Below the pieces are notes generated by a model. The model ran no database searches, had not been told where the DNA came from, and saw only the letters and a program-made list of their open reading frames with translations. A stretch of DNA of 63,635 nt, the filler included, from Chiloscyllium plagiosum (taxonomy: Eukaryota), in assembly GCF_004010195.1 (NCBI RefSeq). It is 5 parts of one record of this genome, joined end to end, with 100 filler letters (N's around TTAATTAATTAA, not from the genome) between each part and the next. Parts side by side here need not be neighbours in the genome. Positions count along the whole stretch, not along the records: positions 1 to 22,917 come from NC_057710.1; 4 more parts are not named here. One strand, written 5' to 3'. The translations under genes and the position numbers were made by a program. Numbering within the stretch: the stretch's first letter is position 1; each line of letters opens with the position of its first letter. Of the stretch, positions 1 through 12,947 are shown in pieces.

Positions 1-600
1 GTGTCGGGAGGTTATGTTGCGGCTGTACAGGACATTGGTTAGGCCACTGTTGGAATATTGCGTGCAATTCTGGTCCCCTTCCTATCGGAAAGATGTTGTG
101 AAACTTGAAAGGGTTCAGAAAAGATTTACAAAGATGTTGCCAGGGTTGGAGGATTTGACCTATAGGGAGAGGCTGAACAGGCTGGGGCTGTTTTCCCTGG
201 AGTGTTGGAAGCTGATGGGTGACCTTATAGAATTTACAAAATTATGAGGGGCATGGATAGGGTAAATAGGCAAAGTCTTTTCCCTGGGGTCGGAATCCAG
301 AACTAGAGGGCATAGGTTTAGGGTGAGAGGGGAACGATATAAAAGAGACCTAAGGGGCAACATTTTCCCACAGAGGGTGGTACGTGTATGGAATGAGCTG
401 CCAGAGGATGTGGTGGAGGCTGGTACAATTGCAACATTTAAAAGGCATCTGGATGGGTATATGAATAGGAGGGGTTTGGAGGGATATGGGGCGGGTTGTG
501 GCAGGTGGGACGAGATTGGGTTGGGATAACTGGTTGGCATGGACGGGTTGGACCGAAGGGTCTGTTTCCATGCTGTACATCTCTATGACTCTATGACTCT
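1..600 (+). mobile_element. CR1-type LINE 3' fragment (ORF2 C-terminus, 3' UTR, (CTATGACT)n tail)
   Basis: Translation [19 protein letters not shown]...LERVQKRFT; frameshifted; ends ctctatgactctatgactct. A second short 3' fragment follows to ~835. Confidence 0.92.
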
Positions 601-946
601 GAGTACTTCACACAGAGGGTGGCGGGTGTCTGGAATGCATTGCCAGCAGAGGTGGTAGAGGCAGGCATGGTAGATTCATTTAAGATGTGTCTGGACAGAT
701 GCATGAGTAGGTGGGGAGCAGAGGGATACAGATGCTTAAGATTTGAGCGACAGGTTTAGACAGTAAATTTGGATTGGCTCAAGCTTGGAGGGCCTGTTCC
801 TGGGCTGTAAATTTTCTTTGTTCCTTGTTCTTTGTACCACCACTTACTCCGGGTGAATCAGGGACAGGCACTAAATGGTGGACTTGCCAAGTGAGGGTCC
901 TCTCATTTAATGATAAACTCTTCATGCTTAAGTTCTGTTTCCGTAG

Positions 947-1030
947 TCTCCCAATGGCAGAGCAGGGTTGAAGACCTGAATGACCTGCTCATGCTCCCAT
1001 TCCTTACCATCAAGAGGGAACGGAAGAGCA
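947..1030 (+). CDS. Possible exon of unidentified coiled-coil gene (SQWQSRVEDLNDLLMLPFLTIKRERKS)
   Basis: Acceptor ttccgtAG at 946; weak donor GTTGGG at 1031; phase 1 end fits the exon at 1125. Confidence 0.3.
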
Positions 1031-1124
1031 GTTGGGTCTTGAAAGATTCTGGAATGATCTGAGAGGTTATGTATTATCGATAGTGCTCCTATCCTCATTG
1101 ACCCAGCTGTTACTGTCACTTCAG

Positions 1125-1222
1125 ATTTTCAGGAAACAATCTCTCATCTCGTCGAAGAAAAGAAACAATTGGACAACAAGGTACAGGAACTGGACAGCCA
1201 ACTGGTGACATTAACAGAACAA
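1125..1222 (+). CDS. Probable exon of unidentified coiled-coil gene (FQETISHLVEEKKQLDNKVQELDSQLVTLTEQ)
   Basis: Acceptor cacttcAG, perfect donor GTAAGT at 1223, heptad-like E/K/Q/L-rich peptide; phase 0 end fits the exon at 4418. Confidence 0.6.
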
Positions 1223-1399
1223 GTAAGTGTTTGCAAGGCTGAATCTCACATGAACCAGACACCAGTCACTGCATCAGGATATCTCTCAATGTGTATTGGT
1301 GCTGTGATGGAAGCATTGCTGAGACCACACTGGGAACAGGTTCCCAACCTAATGACCCCTTCTCGTACTGAAATTCACACCAGTCCATTACTTCTCAAC

Positions 1400-4130
1400 G
1401 GACCCAAACGCTCTACACAGCCCCCATGGACCCAAACCCCTTCCCATTCACTCCCACTCTACACAGCCCCCATGGACCCAAACCCCTTCCTATTCACTCC
1501 CACTCTACACAATCACAATGGACCCAATCCCTTCCCATTCACTCCTACTCGACACAATCCCAGTTGACCCAAATCCCTTCCTACTCACTCCCACTCCATA
1601 CAATCCCAACAGACCTAAACCTGTACCCATTCACTCCCACTCTACATAATGACAGTGGACCCAACCCTTTCCCATTCTGTCCCACTCTACACAATCCAAA
1701 AGGACACAAATTCCTTCTCCTTCACTCCCACTCCATATAATTCCAACGGACCCAATCCCTTCCCATTCAGTCCCACTCTCCACAAACCCAATGGACCCAA
1801 ACTCCTTCTTATTCACTCCCACACTACACAATCCCAAAGGACCCAAACTCCTTCTTATTCATTCCCACTCTACACAACCCCACTAGATCCAAATCCCTAC
1901 CCATTCACTCCCACTCTACACAATCTCAATGGACCCAAACTCCTTCTCATTCACTCCCACTCTACACAATCCCAATGGACCCAAATCCCTTCCCATTCAT
2001 TACCACTTTACACAATTCCAATGGACCCAAATTCCTTCCCATTCACTCCCACTCTACACAATCCCAATGGACCCAAATCCCTTCCCATTCACTCCCACTC
2101 TACACAATCCCAATGGACCCAAACTCTTTCTCATTCACTCCCACACTACACAATCCCAATGGACCCAAACTCCTTCCCATTCACTCCCACTCTACACAAT
2201 CCCAATGGACCCAAACTCCTTCCCATTCACTCCCACTCTACACAATCCCAATGGACCCAAACTCCTTCCCATTCACTCCCACTCTACACAATCCCAATGG
2301 ACCCACACTCCTGCCTATTCACTCCCACTCTACACAATCCCAATGGACCCAAGTTCCTTCCCATTCATTCCCACTCTACACAACCCCAATGGACCCAAAC
2401 TCCTTCTCATTCACTCCCACTTTACACAATCCCAAGGGACCCAAACCCTTTCCCACTCACTTCCACTCTACACAATCCCAATGTACCCACACTCCTTCCT
2501 ATTCATTCCCACTCTACACAATCCCAATGGACCCAAACCCTTTCCCACTCACTCCCACTTTACACAATCCCAATGTACCCAAACTCCTTCTCATTTATTC
2601 CCACTCTACACAACCCCAACGGACCCAACTCCTTCTCATTCACTCCCACTTTACACAATCCCAATGGACCAAAACCCTTTACCATTCACTCGTACACTAT
2701 ACAATCCCAATGGACCCAAATTCCTTCTCATTCACTCCCACTCTACATAATCCCAATGGACCCAAATCCCTTCCCATTCACTACCACTCTACACAATCGC
2801 AATGGACCCAAACTCTTTCTCATTCGCTCCCACTTTACACAATCCCAAGGGACCCAAACTCCTTCTTATTCACTCCCTCTCTACACAATCCCAATGGACC
2901 CAAACTCCTTCTCATTCACTCCCACTCTACACAATCCCAATGGACCCAAACCCCTTTTCATTCACTCCCATGCTACACAATCCCAATGGACCCAAACTCC
3001 TTCCCATTCATTCCCACTCTACAGAATCCTAATGGACCCAAACTCTTTCTCATTCACTCCCACTCTACACAATCCCAATGGACCCAAATTCCTTCCCATT
3101 CACTCCCACTCTACACAATCCCAATGGACCCAAACTCCTCATTCACTCCCACTTTACACAATCCCAATGGACCCAAACCCTTTCCCACTCATTTCCACTC
3201 TACACAATCCCAATGGACCGACACTCCTGCCTATTCACTCCCACTCTACACAATCCCAACGGACCCAAATCCCTTCCCATTCACTACCACTCTACACAAT
3301 CCCAATGGACCCAAACTCTCTCTTATTCGCTCCCACTTTAGGCAATCCCAAGGGACACAAACCCCTTCTCATTCCCTCCCTCTCTACACAATCCCAATGG
3401 ATCCAAACCCTTTTCCACTCACTCCCACCCTACACAATCCCAATGGACCCAAAACCTTTCCCAGTCACTCCCACTCTACACAATCCCAATGGACCCACAC
3501 TCCTTCCTATTCACTGCCACTCTACATAATCCCAGTGGACCCACACTCCTTCTTATTCATTCCCAATCTACACAATCACCTTGGACCCAAATCCTTATCC
3601 ATTCATGCCCACTCTACAAAATCAGCTTCAACCTAAATCCGTACCCATTCACTCCCAGTCTACACAATCCCAATGGACCCAATCCCCTTCCCATTCACTC
3701 CCACTCAGCACCACCCCACTGGACCCAATCCCCTTCCGATTCATTCCCACTCTACGCAATTCCAATGGAGCCAAATTCCTTCCCATTCACTCCTACCCTA
3801 CACAATCCCAGGAGACCCAAACCCCTTTCCCATTTATTCCCACTCTACACAATCCCAGGGGACCTAAACCCTTCGCATTCACACCCACACTACACAATCC
3901 CAATGGACCCAAACCCCTTCTCATTCACTTCCACTCTACGCAATCCTAACGGAGGCAATCCCTTCCCATTCACTCCCACTCTACACAACCCCACTGGACT
4001 CAATCCCCTTCCCATTCACTCCCACTCTACACAATCCCAAAGGACCCAATCCCCTACCCATTCACTCCCACTCTACACAATCCCAAAGGACCCAATCCCC
4101 TACCCATTCACTCCCACTCTACACAATCCC
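1400..4130. repeat. 46-bp minisatellite (cccaatggacccaaactccttcccattcactcccactctacacaat)n, roughly 59 diverged units
   Basis: 46-bp periodicity read directly; very G-poor on the + strand; explains the long overlapping repetitive ORFs. Confidence 0.97.
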
Positions 4131-4417
4131 TTGTGCCAATCAGCCTGTGGCTCAGAAAGTAAAGCAAAGAGCTTCGGAGTGTCCAGATGTATATAGAAAT
4201 TCAGTTCTCTGCAGAGGGTTGTCTGGTTGGAGTTCACCACCCACTCAGCAGACAGCATTGTACAATCATACAACATTCCAGGAGAGGCCATTTGCCCCGT
4301 TCTGCCTGTGCTGTGGATCTGTGTCAGGAGAATACTTGGGCCAATGGCTTACTTTTGTTTCCACTGGGGTCTCGTGTAAAGGTGTTTTCTGATTGGTCAT
4401 TAAATGCCTCACTGTAG

Positions 4418-4499
4418 ATGAAGAAGGAGCACTCTGAGAAGATGGGTCTGCAGAAAGCGCTGGAGAAACAGAGCAAGAGTTTACAACGGTTCAGTGAAG
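4418..4499 (+). CDS. Probable exon of unidentified coiled-coil gene (MKKEHSEKMGLQKALEKQSKSLQRFSE)
   Basis: Acceptor cactgtAG at 4417, donor GTAAGA at 4500; in frame with exon 1125-1222. Confidence 0.6.
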
Positions 4500-5147
4500 G
4501 TAAGAGTTCACTGCAGGAAGCTGGGACTGTTTTGACATTGGTTCTTATAACTGTGCCCAACATCCCAACCTCAATCTCTATCTGCCTGCCTGAACCATAC
4601 AATGACAGAATACAGCAAAGGCCCTTCGATCCATCGAGCCTGTACCACCAAAGCTACGTGATGTCTGCACCCATCCTTCCTCCCAGTACTTTGCTGGAGC
4701 ACTGCGACACTTCAAGTTGCACATCCATAACTTTTTTTTAAAGGTTGTGAGGTTTCCTGCCTCAGCTTCCTTGACGGTGCATTCCAGGTTCCAAGTGAAG
4801 TGGGAGATGGCACGGGGCAGGGTGATACTAGGCACATGGACACACAAGATGGCCACTGAGCCATCAGTTGGCCACTTGACACAAAAAATGGCCGCCGGAC
4901 CACAATATGGAGAGAGACAGCAGAGCAAATACAGGCATTGCTTGGGGCCACCAGAATGTCAGCCCAATACACCCACAACCCAGTTGATAAGTTTAAGGCA
5001 GGTGGGGGAGAGAATGCACATGAGTAATGAACGCTGCCCGCCCAAGTGTCTGGGTCCAGCCAATACCTTTGATAGAAATGCTAACAGCTTAATACAGACT
5101 CAATACAGAGTGCTAATAGCCAGGGCTGCAGTAATTGTCCTTCTCAG

Positions 5148-5494
5148 GAAGAGCGATTAGCGCCCATTACACAGCAATGGACTTCCACACAGACATTGAA
5201 ACTGACAATGTCTACATTGAAACTAACCACAACCGTGCTGAAATTAACAAAAGCTGTGCTGGAACTGACAATGGCTGCACCAAAACTATCAACGATTCTG
5301 CAATGATTACCCTAAACAAACCATGTTACAGAGACAATAACCTCATCACTGACCTATTGTATCACAAGATGTATAAAAGTTTCTCGACATGTGCTCCGGG
5401 TCGAGAGAAGACCCACAGCTGCCCACTGTGCTGTTGGTGTCTTTCTCTCCCCTGGAGCTCCGGTATTTCCTTGTGCAATAAACTCTGTTGTTGA
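5148..5494 (+). CDS. Candidate terminal exon of the coiled-coil gene (GRAISAHYT...LCNKLCC*)
   Basis: Acceptor ccttctcAG at 5147; phase 1 matches the previous exon and opens the ORF ending 5494; AATAAA at 5477-5482. Confidence 0.4.
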
Positions 5495-6186
5495 ACCCTG
5501 ACTCTGACTCTGAGACTGGTGATTTTCCCACAACACAACCCACCTCCTGAGGGGAAAGGTCTTCCTTAACTCCACTCTGAAACTCCTACCTTTCAGTTTA
5601 AAATTACACCTCCACACTATAGACCCTTCAGCTAAGGAGAGTACCTGCTACCAATCCACCCTGTCTATATCCTGTGTAATCATATANNNNNNNNNNNNNN
5701 NNNNNNNNNNNNNNNNNNNNNNNNNNNNNNNNNNNNNNNNNNNNNNNNNNNNNNNNNNNNNNNNNNNNNNNNNNNNNNNNNNNNNNNNNNNNNNNNNNNN
5801 NNNNNNNNNNNNNNNNNNNNNNNNNNNNNNNNNNNNNNNNNNNNNNNNNNNNNNNNNNNNNNNNNNNNNNNNNNNNNNNNNNNNNNNNNNNNNNNNNNNN
5901 NNNNNNNNNNNNNNNNNNNNNNNNNNNNNNNNNNNNNNNNNNNNNNNNNNNNNNNNNNNNNNNNNNNNNNNNNNNNNNNNNNNNNNNNNNNNNNNNNNNN
6001 NNNNNNNNNNNNNNNNNNNNNNNNNNNNNNNNNNNNNNNNNNNNNNNNNNNNNNNNNNNNNNNNNNNNNNNNNNNNNNNNNNNNNNNNNNNNNNNNNNNN
6101 NNNNNNNNNNNNNNNNNNNNNNNNNNNNNNNNNNNNNNNNNNNNNNNNNNNNNNNNNNNNNNNNNNNNNNNNNNNNNNNNNNNNNN

Positions 6187-6389
6187 TCACTCCTCCTCCC
6201 GTCCGGCGGGTGCCGCTCTCCCGGGAGTTCCCGAGCCCTGTCACTCCTCCTCCCGTCCGGCGGGTGACGCTCTCCCTGGAGTTCCCGAGCCCTGTCACTC
6301 CTCCTCCCGTCCGGCCGGTGACGCTCTCCCGGGAGTTCCCGAGCCCTGTCACTCCTCCTCCCGTCCGGCGGGTGCCGCTCTCCCGGGAG
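6187..6389. repeat. 54-bp CpG-rich tandem repeat immediately upstream of the TEX261 start codon
   Basis: Units start at 6187, 6241, 6295 and 6349 (tcactcctcctcccgtccggcgggtg...cccgagccctg); the array runs into the N-gap on the left. Confidence 0.95.
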
Positions 6390-6463
6390 CGCCTTCTCGC
6401 CGCTGTGCCCGGGGGCGGCTGTCGGTGTTTATTCCGGGCCAGCGCCGGGCCCTGGGCGGCAGG

Positions 6464-6533
6464 ATGTGGTTCCTTTACCTCCTGAGCTGGCTGTCGCTGC
6501 TGCTGCAGGTCGCTTTTGTCACGTTGGGGATCG
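6464..6533 (+). CDS. TEX261: TEX261 exon 1 (MWFLYLLSWLSLLLQVAFVTLGI)
   Basis: ATG at 6464; matches the TEX261/Svp26-family N-terminus; donor GTGAGT; 70 nt. Confidence 0.95.
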
Positions 6534-7509
6534 GTGAGTGACGGTCCGGGGGGAGGGGGTGAGGAGGCCGGGCTCGGGCTCGGGCTCGGGCCTGGCTCCC
6601 GGAGCGGGGAGGCCAGGGTCCACCCGGCCCCGGCCCCGGACTCCCCACAAGGCCTGGGCCTCAGGGAACCTGGGGGGTGGGTGACATTGACCCCCCCCGA
6701 TACCCCTGGGTGGGGGTGGGGTGTGGGGGGGGTACCCCGGCCCCCGGTGGGGGATGGGGAAACCGCCAACGTAGGCAGAAAGCGCTCAACCAATCACCGA
6801 GTGGGCGAATGAGGGTCCCCGCCAATCAGCGGCGCTCATGCGTCGCGGAGGCGGAGGGTGAGCCAATGGGGACGCTCGTTACTAGGGGCCCCCCGCGGGT
6901 CAGCGGGCACCCCATTGGCCCCTCGGCGCAGGCAGGGCGGCGAATGGGAGAGCTCTGTGGGAGTGGTCTGTCCAATCAGAGGCTGTAGGTCTGGGCGCCC
7001 CCATTCAAGAAGGAGGAGGGGGTGGACGTGATTAAAGTGTGGAGCGCGGGGGGGTGAGGGTCTGGGGGTCTGAGAGGATGAGGGTCTNNNNNNNNNNNNN
7101 NNNNNNNNNNNNNNNNNNNNNNNNNNNNNNNNNNNNNNNNNNNNNNNNNNNNNNNNNNNNNNNNNNNNNNNNNNNNNNNNNNNNNNNNNNNNNNNNNNNN
7201 NNNNNNNNNNNNNNNNNNNNNNNNNNNNNNNNNNNNNNNNNNNNNNNNNNNNNNNNNNNNNNNNNNNNNNNNNNNNNNNNNNNNNNNNNNNNNNNNNNNN
7301 NNNNNNNNNNNNNNNNNNTGGGGGTATGGTGACGTTAGATTCTGAGGGTTCAGTGGACCCCAGTGCAGGTGAGAAAGGAAGGAAAGAATCAAATCACGAA
7401 TGGATCGAAGAGGGAATTGGAAGCAGATCAAGTGTCTATAAGCAGTATTTAAGGAAGCTTTCTCATGTTTAGAATTGGATGTGGAAAAGGGCAAGGATCA
7501 CTTGAGGCA

Positions 7510-8740
7510 TAGTCATACAACATGGAAGCAGACCCTTCGGCCCAACTAGTCCACGCCAACCATGATCCCAAACTGAACTAGTTCCCGTTGCCTACACTGG
7601 GCACATATTCCTCCAACCCTTTCTTATTTATGTACTTACCTAAATATCTTCTATAACTCTACCCACAACCACCACTGCTTCTGGCAGTTCGTTCCACACA
7701 CAAATGACTCACTGTGTGATCCTGATCGTATAGTTTTTAAAAAAATTGCCCCGTGTCTTTTTAAAATCTTTCTCCTCTCACCTTTAAAAAAATATGCCCT
7801 CTAGTCTTGAAATCCCCCACCATAGGGAAAAGGGGTCCACTGAACTCTCAGAATCCAACATCACCATACCCCGACCCCCATTCACCTTATCTCTCCCCCC
7901 TCATGACTTTATTAACCTCTGTAAAGTCACCCCTCCACCTCCTATGCACCAGTGAAAAAGGTCCCTCTTATCCAGCCTCTCCTTCCAACTCAAACCCTCC
8001 AGTCCCAGCACCATCCTGGTAAACCTCTTCTGAGCCCTGTCCAGCTGAATAATACCCTTCCTATAACAGGGTGACCAACATCCTGTGCAACCTCAACATG
8101 ATGTGCCAACTCAAAGATCTGACCAATGAAGGCAAATATGCTAACAATTTCTTAGCCACCCTGTCTATATCTGACCCAAACTTCAAAGAATTATGTACAC
8201 AAACCCCTGTGTCTCTCTGTTCTACAACACTACTCAGATGCTGGAAATCAGAGTCCAGATTAGAGTGGTGCTGAAGAAAGGCCTCCCTTTCTGATGAAGG
8301 GCCTTTGTCCAAAACGTCGATTTTCCTGCTCCTCGGGTGCTGTCTGTCCTGCTGTGCTCTAATCTAAACCAGTCTAATCTAAACACTACTCAAGGCCCTA
8401 CTGTTTATTGTTACAGTTCTGCTCTTTTCTGTTTTATCAAAATGCAATACCTCTCATTTATCCAAATTAAACACTCTCTGCCCCTCTTCAGCCCGTTGAC
8501 TCAATTGATCAAGACCTCTTTGTAATCTTAGACAACCTTCTTCACTGGCCACTACACCACCAGCTTCGGTATCATCTGACCATGCTTTCTATATTCTCAT
8601 CGAAGTGAACCCAGCACCGATCCCTGTGGAACACCGCCGGTCACAGGCCTCCAGTCTGAAACACGACCCTCCACCACAACCCTGCCTGTTGCTGTTAAGC
8701 CAATGTTGTATCCAACTGGCAAACTCCCCCTGAATCCCTG
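7510..8740 (-). mobile_element. Decayed CR1-type LINE fragment
   Basis: Reverse complement of CR1 ORF2 3' region and tail; interrupted at 8237-8381. Confidence 0.8.
8237..8381. mobile_element. Short Penelope pLTR-derived insertion with degenerate hammerhead motif, 11-bp TSD
   Basis: TSD aacactactca at 8226-8236 and 8382-8392; ctgatgaagggcctttgtccAaaacgtc from 8291. Confidence 0.75.
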
Positions 8741-9371
8741 AGAAAGAAAACCAATTTAATTGTGAGACAGCCAGTTCCCACAGGGTGACAGTATCTCAGC
8801 CTCTGACAAATTGGAATTCGAGGGTGGGTTTGCAAAACAGTAACAAGGTAGCAAACCTCCTCGACAGAGCAGATGGTTCAGGGAGATAGATGTAGCAGAA
8901 AATGTGTGGGACTGTCCTCAGTTTAATAATAATACAAATGTGATCCTGATCGTATACTCTGAGTGGAAGTGGAAAGGGAAATCAGCAAGAGAGCATGAGA
9001 AGAGACTGTAACTGTTATGTTTTGAAAAAGAGCATGAAATAACTTTCCCCCAGTGCCCAGGTTAGTATTCAGCCCTTAATTAAAATCACACATGATTTTA
9101 TATGGGATCTCACTCTGTGCAAATTGTCTCCTGCATTATTATAGCCTTTGGCTGCTCAGAGCTTCAGGACATCCTCTGGTATCTGAGATGCATGAGTTTC
9201 TCTGTGGGGAGGGAATTAAGAGTGGAGGGGACGTTGAGTGAAACAGAGAGTAGGACGGACTGAAAGAGGAGCTTTATGAAGTGAACTGGGAGAAGATGGC
9301 AAGGCTTCCAGCAAGTTAATCAAAAGACAGAAAACCTGACAAGTATTTGAAGCAAAAGAAAATGGCAGGAC

Positions 9372-9500
9372 CTTGGGGAGAGAGTGGGGCAGTGGGATTA
9401 GTTTGGGATTGATACGGGGCTATGGGGAGAGAGTGGGGCAGTGGGATTAGTTTAGGATTGATACAGGGCTATGGGGAGTGAGTGGGGCAGTGGGGCTATG
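9372..9500. repeat. 49-bp G-rich minisatellite, copy 1
   Basis: Unit ttagtttgggattgatacagggctatggggagagagtggggcagtggga, 2-3 units. Confidence 0.9.
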
Positions 9501-9574
9501 GGTAGAATTGACAGTGTGGGGTGTCCAAATAATGGTGTAAAGATTGTGCAGAGTCTGATTGGGTAAATATTGAT

Positions 9575-10870
9575 CAAAAGAACATTACAGCATAGGAACA
9601 GGCCCTTTGACCCTCCAAGCCTCCGCTGATCCAGATCCTCAGTTGCCTCTCTTCTTAGGATCTGTATCCCTCTGCTCCCTGCCCATTCATGTATCTGTCT
9701 AGATACAGCTTAAATGACGCTATCATGTCCGCCTTTACTATCTCCGCTGGTAACATGTTCCAGGCACCCACCATCCTCTGTGTGAAGAACTTTCCACGCA
9801 TATCACCCTTAAACTTTTAACCTCTCACCTTGAACTCATGATCCCTCCAAATTGAGCTCTCCACTCTTGCGATCCATCCTGTCTATACCTCTCATGATTT
9901 TCTAAGCTTCAGTCAGGTCCCCCCTCAACCGTCTTCTTTCCAATGAAAATACCCAAATCTACTGAACCTCCCCTCATAGCTAGCAGCCTCCATAGCAGGC
10001 AACATCCTGGTGAACCTCCTCTGCACCCTCCCCACAGCATCCACATCCTTTTGGTAATGTGGTGACCAGAACTGTACACAGTATTCCAAATGTGGTCGAA
10101 CCAAAGTCTTGTGCAACTGTAGCACGACTTGCCAACTCTTGTACTCAGTACCCCATCCGATGAAGGAAAGCATGCTGTATGCCTGCTTGACCACTCTACT
10201 GACCTGCGTTGCTACCTTCAGGAAACAATTGACCTGAACACCCAGATCAATTTTCCCCAGGACCTTTCCATTTACTGTTTAGATCACTCTTGAATTGATT
10301 TTCCAAATGCATCAGCTCACATTTATTCGGATTGAACTCCATCTGCCAATTCTCTGCCCAACTCTCCAACCTATCTATATTCTGCTGCATTCTTTGACAG
10401 TCCCCTTCACGATCTGCTATTCCATAATGTTAGTGTCATCTGCAAACCTGCTAATGAGGCAACCTGCACCTTCCTCCAGATCATTTATGTATATCACAAA
10501 CAGTGATCCCAGCGCAGATCCCTGTGGGACACCATTGGGCACAGGTCTCCATTTTGAGAAACTCCCTTCCACTACTACTCTCTGTCTCTTGTTGCCCAGC
10601 CTGGTCTCTATCCATCGCTGTCAGGCAGCAGTGCTAACCACTGAGCCACCATGCCGCCCACAATGAGACATTACCAATTCTCCCATCCTCTGGGACCTCA
10701 GTGTCCAAGGATGCTGATAAGATATCTGTTAAAGCCCCAGCTATTTTGTCTCTCGCTTCCCTAAGTAACCTGGGATAGTTCCTATCCAGACCTAGGGAAT
10801 TGTTCACCTTAATGCCCTTTAGAATACCCAACACTATCTCCCTCCTTATGTCAATTTGACATAAAATTCT
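9575..10870 (-). mobile_element. CR1-type LINE ORF2 fragment (duplicated at ~16054-17349)
   Basis: Minus-strand ORFs [20 protein letters not shown] and YPRLLREA...VPED. Confidence 0.9.
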
Positions 10871-11219
10871 TCCATTTTAATTTGAAGCGAGCAAAATTAG
10901 AAACCAATATAAGAGAGTGAGTGATAACTCTGACCTGGAAATCAAAGCCTCAGTACTGTGAGAGTGTGACACATTATCATGGGGTGTTGATGTGAACAGT
11001 ATTGCCCCATTCCCTCAGAACCCAGATAAACACTGGGGGAGAGGGTGGTGGAGGGAAAGGACGAGATGGATATCATAACAGGGTAAGATAATGAGAGCTC
11101 GGAGTATCATTTGGACTGAATGGTCTGTTCCTGAGCTATAATTTATGTGGAATGTGCTTAAATTAAAGGCATGTTATTTTATCAACAGCATGGTCTTCGA
11201 GATACCTGTCCTATTTTAG

Positions 11220-11516
<297 letters not shown>

Positions 11517-12698
11517 TAAGCCCATTCAGCCCATCGGGCCTGCTTCCCAATGACTGTGGTTTTGTTTGTATTATGTTATGTGGCCCAGTAATTCAGACAC
11601 TGAGTTCAGGTTTCATCAAAGTTGCTTGCAAACTGGGATTTGTATTGATGAATAATTTGTGGCTCTCTGCAATCAGTAAAAAAACAAGTTTCTCTCTGTT
11701 CTTGTGAAGCTTGTCATTGTTGAGAATGGTCCAACCATCGCAGTACCTCTCAGAGTGTAGTAGTTTTCAAATGGAGCCTGATTAAACTCCAATTGCATTT
11801 TTTTTTTTTGGAAATTCATTGATGGGATGACTGGCTAGGCCAACGTTTATTGCACATCCCAGAGGATAGGTAAGAGTCACAAACAATGGTCTGGAGTCAC
11901 ATGTAGGTCAGACCTGTGAAGGATGGCAGATTTCCTTCCCTGAAGGAGATGAGTGAACCCGATGGGGCTTTGAAAGCAACTGATGATTGTTTCACAGTCA
12001 CCATTTCTGAGAGTTGCTTTCAGTCCCAGGGTTTGGTGAATTGAGTTAAGATTCCACTAGCTACCGTGATGGGTTTGAACCCCCCTGTCCCACTGATGTT
12101 ACTGTCTCTACCACATGCAGCCTCTCCCCAATCTGCTGCCCTACAATTAATCTCCAAGTTTGGCTCTGCCCAGCAGCACTGTCCCAAGGCTGCAACATGC
12201 CTGTTTCTCCCTCGACCAAGTGTTTGGATTTATTAACCCCCACCGGAGTACTGTGAGCAGTTCTGGTGACCATATTATAAAATAGATACGGAAGTATAGG
12301 AGACGCTAGACTAATTTACACAATGATGTCAGAACAGCGCTTGTAACTGTCAGGGGGCAATGAGGGTGAAGAAATTCTCTGGTAAAATGAAGACTGAAGC
12401 TGACCTGAGAGGGGCTGTCACAAGAGAGATGTTTCTGATTGTGAGGAGACCAGCATCAATGGCCATTGAGCTATGAGAGTGATTAATGAATCCAGTGGAA
12501 AAGCTAGGAGAAATATCTTTGCCCCAAGAGTGATAAGTATGTGGAACTCACTGTCACAGGGGGTTGCAGGCATGATGGAGAAAGGAATAACTGATTAGTC
12601 AATACGGACAGGGGTGATAGGCGTGGGACACAAAGAATGATCTGTTTCTGGGTTGCAGACTGCATTGTGATGCTGAGATTTTTCACGTTGAAGGATAA

Positions 12699-12947
<249 letters not shown>

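Larger units (their letters stand above)
6187..7050 (+). promoter_or_regulatory. CpG island / promoter-first intron region of TEX261 with a CCAAT-box cluster
   Basis: High GC and CpG content around exon 1; CCAAT at 6790, 6822, 6863, 6972 and ATTGG at 6914. Confidence 0.7.

Noticed and set aside
1426..4196. Long P/H/T-rich ORFs (up to 626 aa) in all three + frames
   Set aside because: By-product of a G-poor 46-bp minisatellite; the same peptides cycle through the frames.
5648..7494. ORFs containing X runs (also 32984-33832, 49004-49940)
   Set aside because: Open only because they cross N-gaps.
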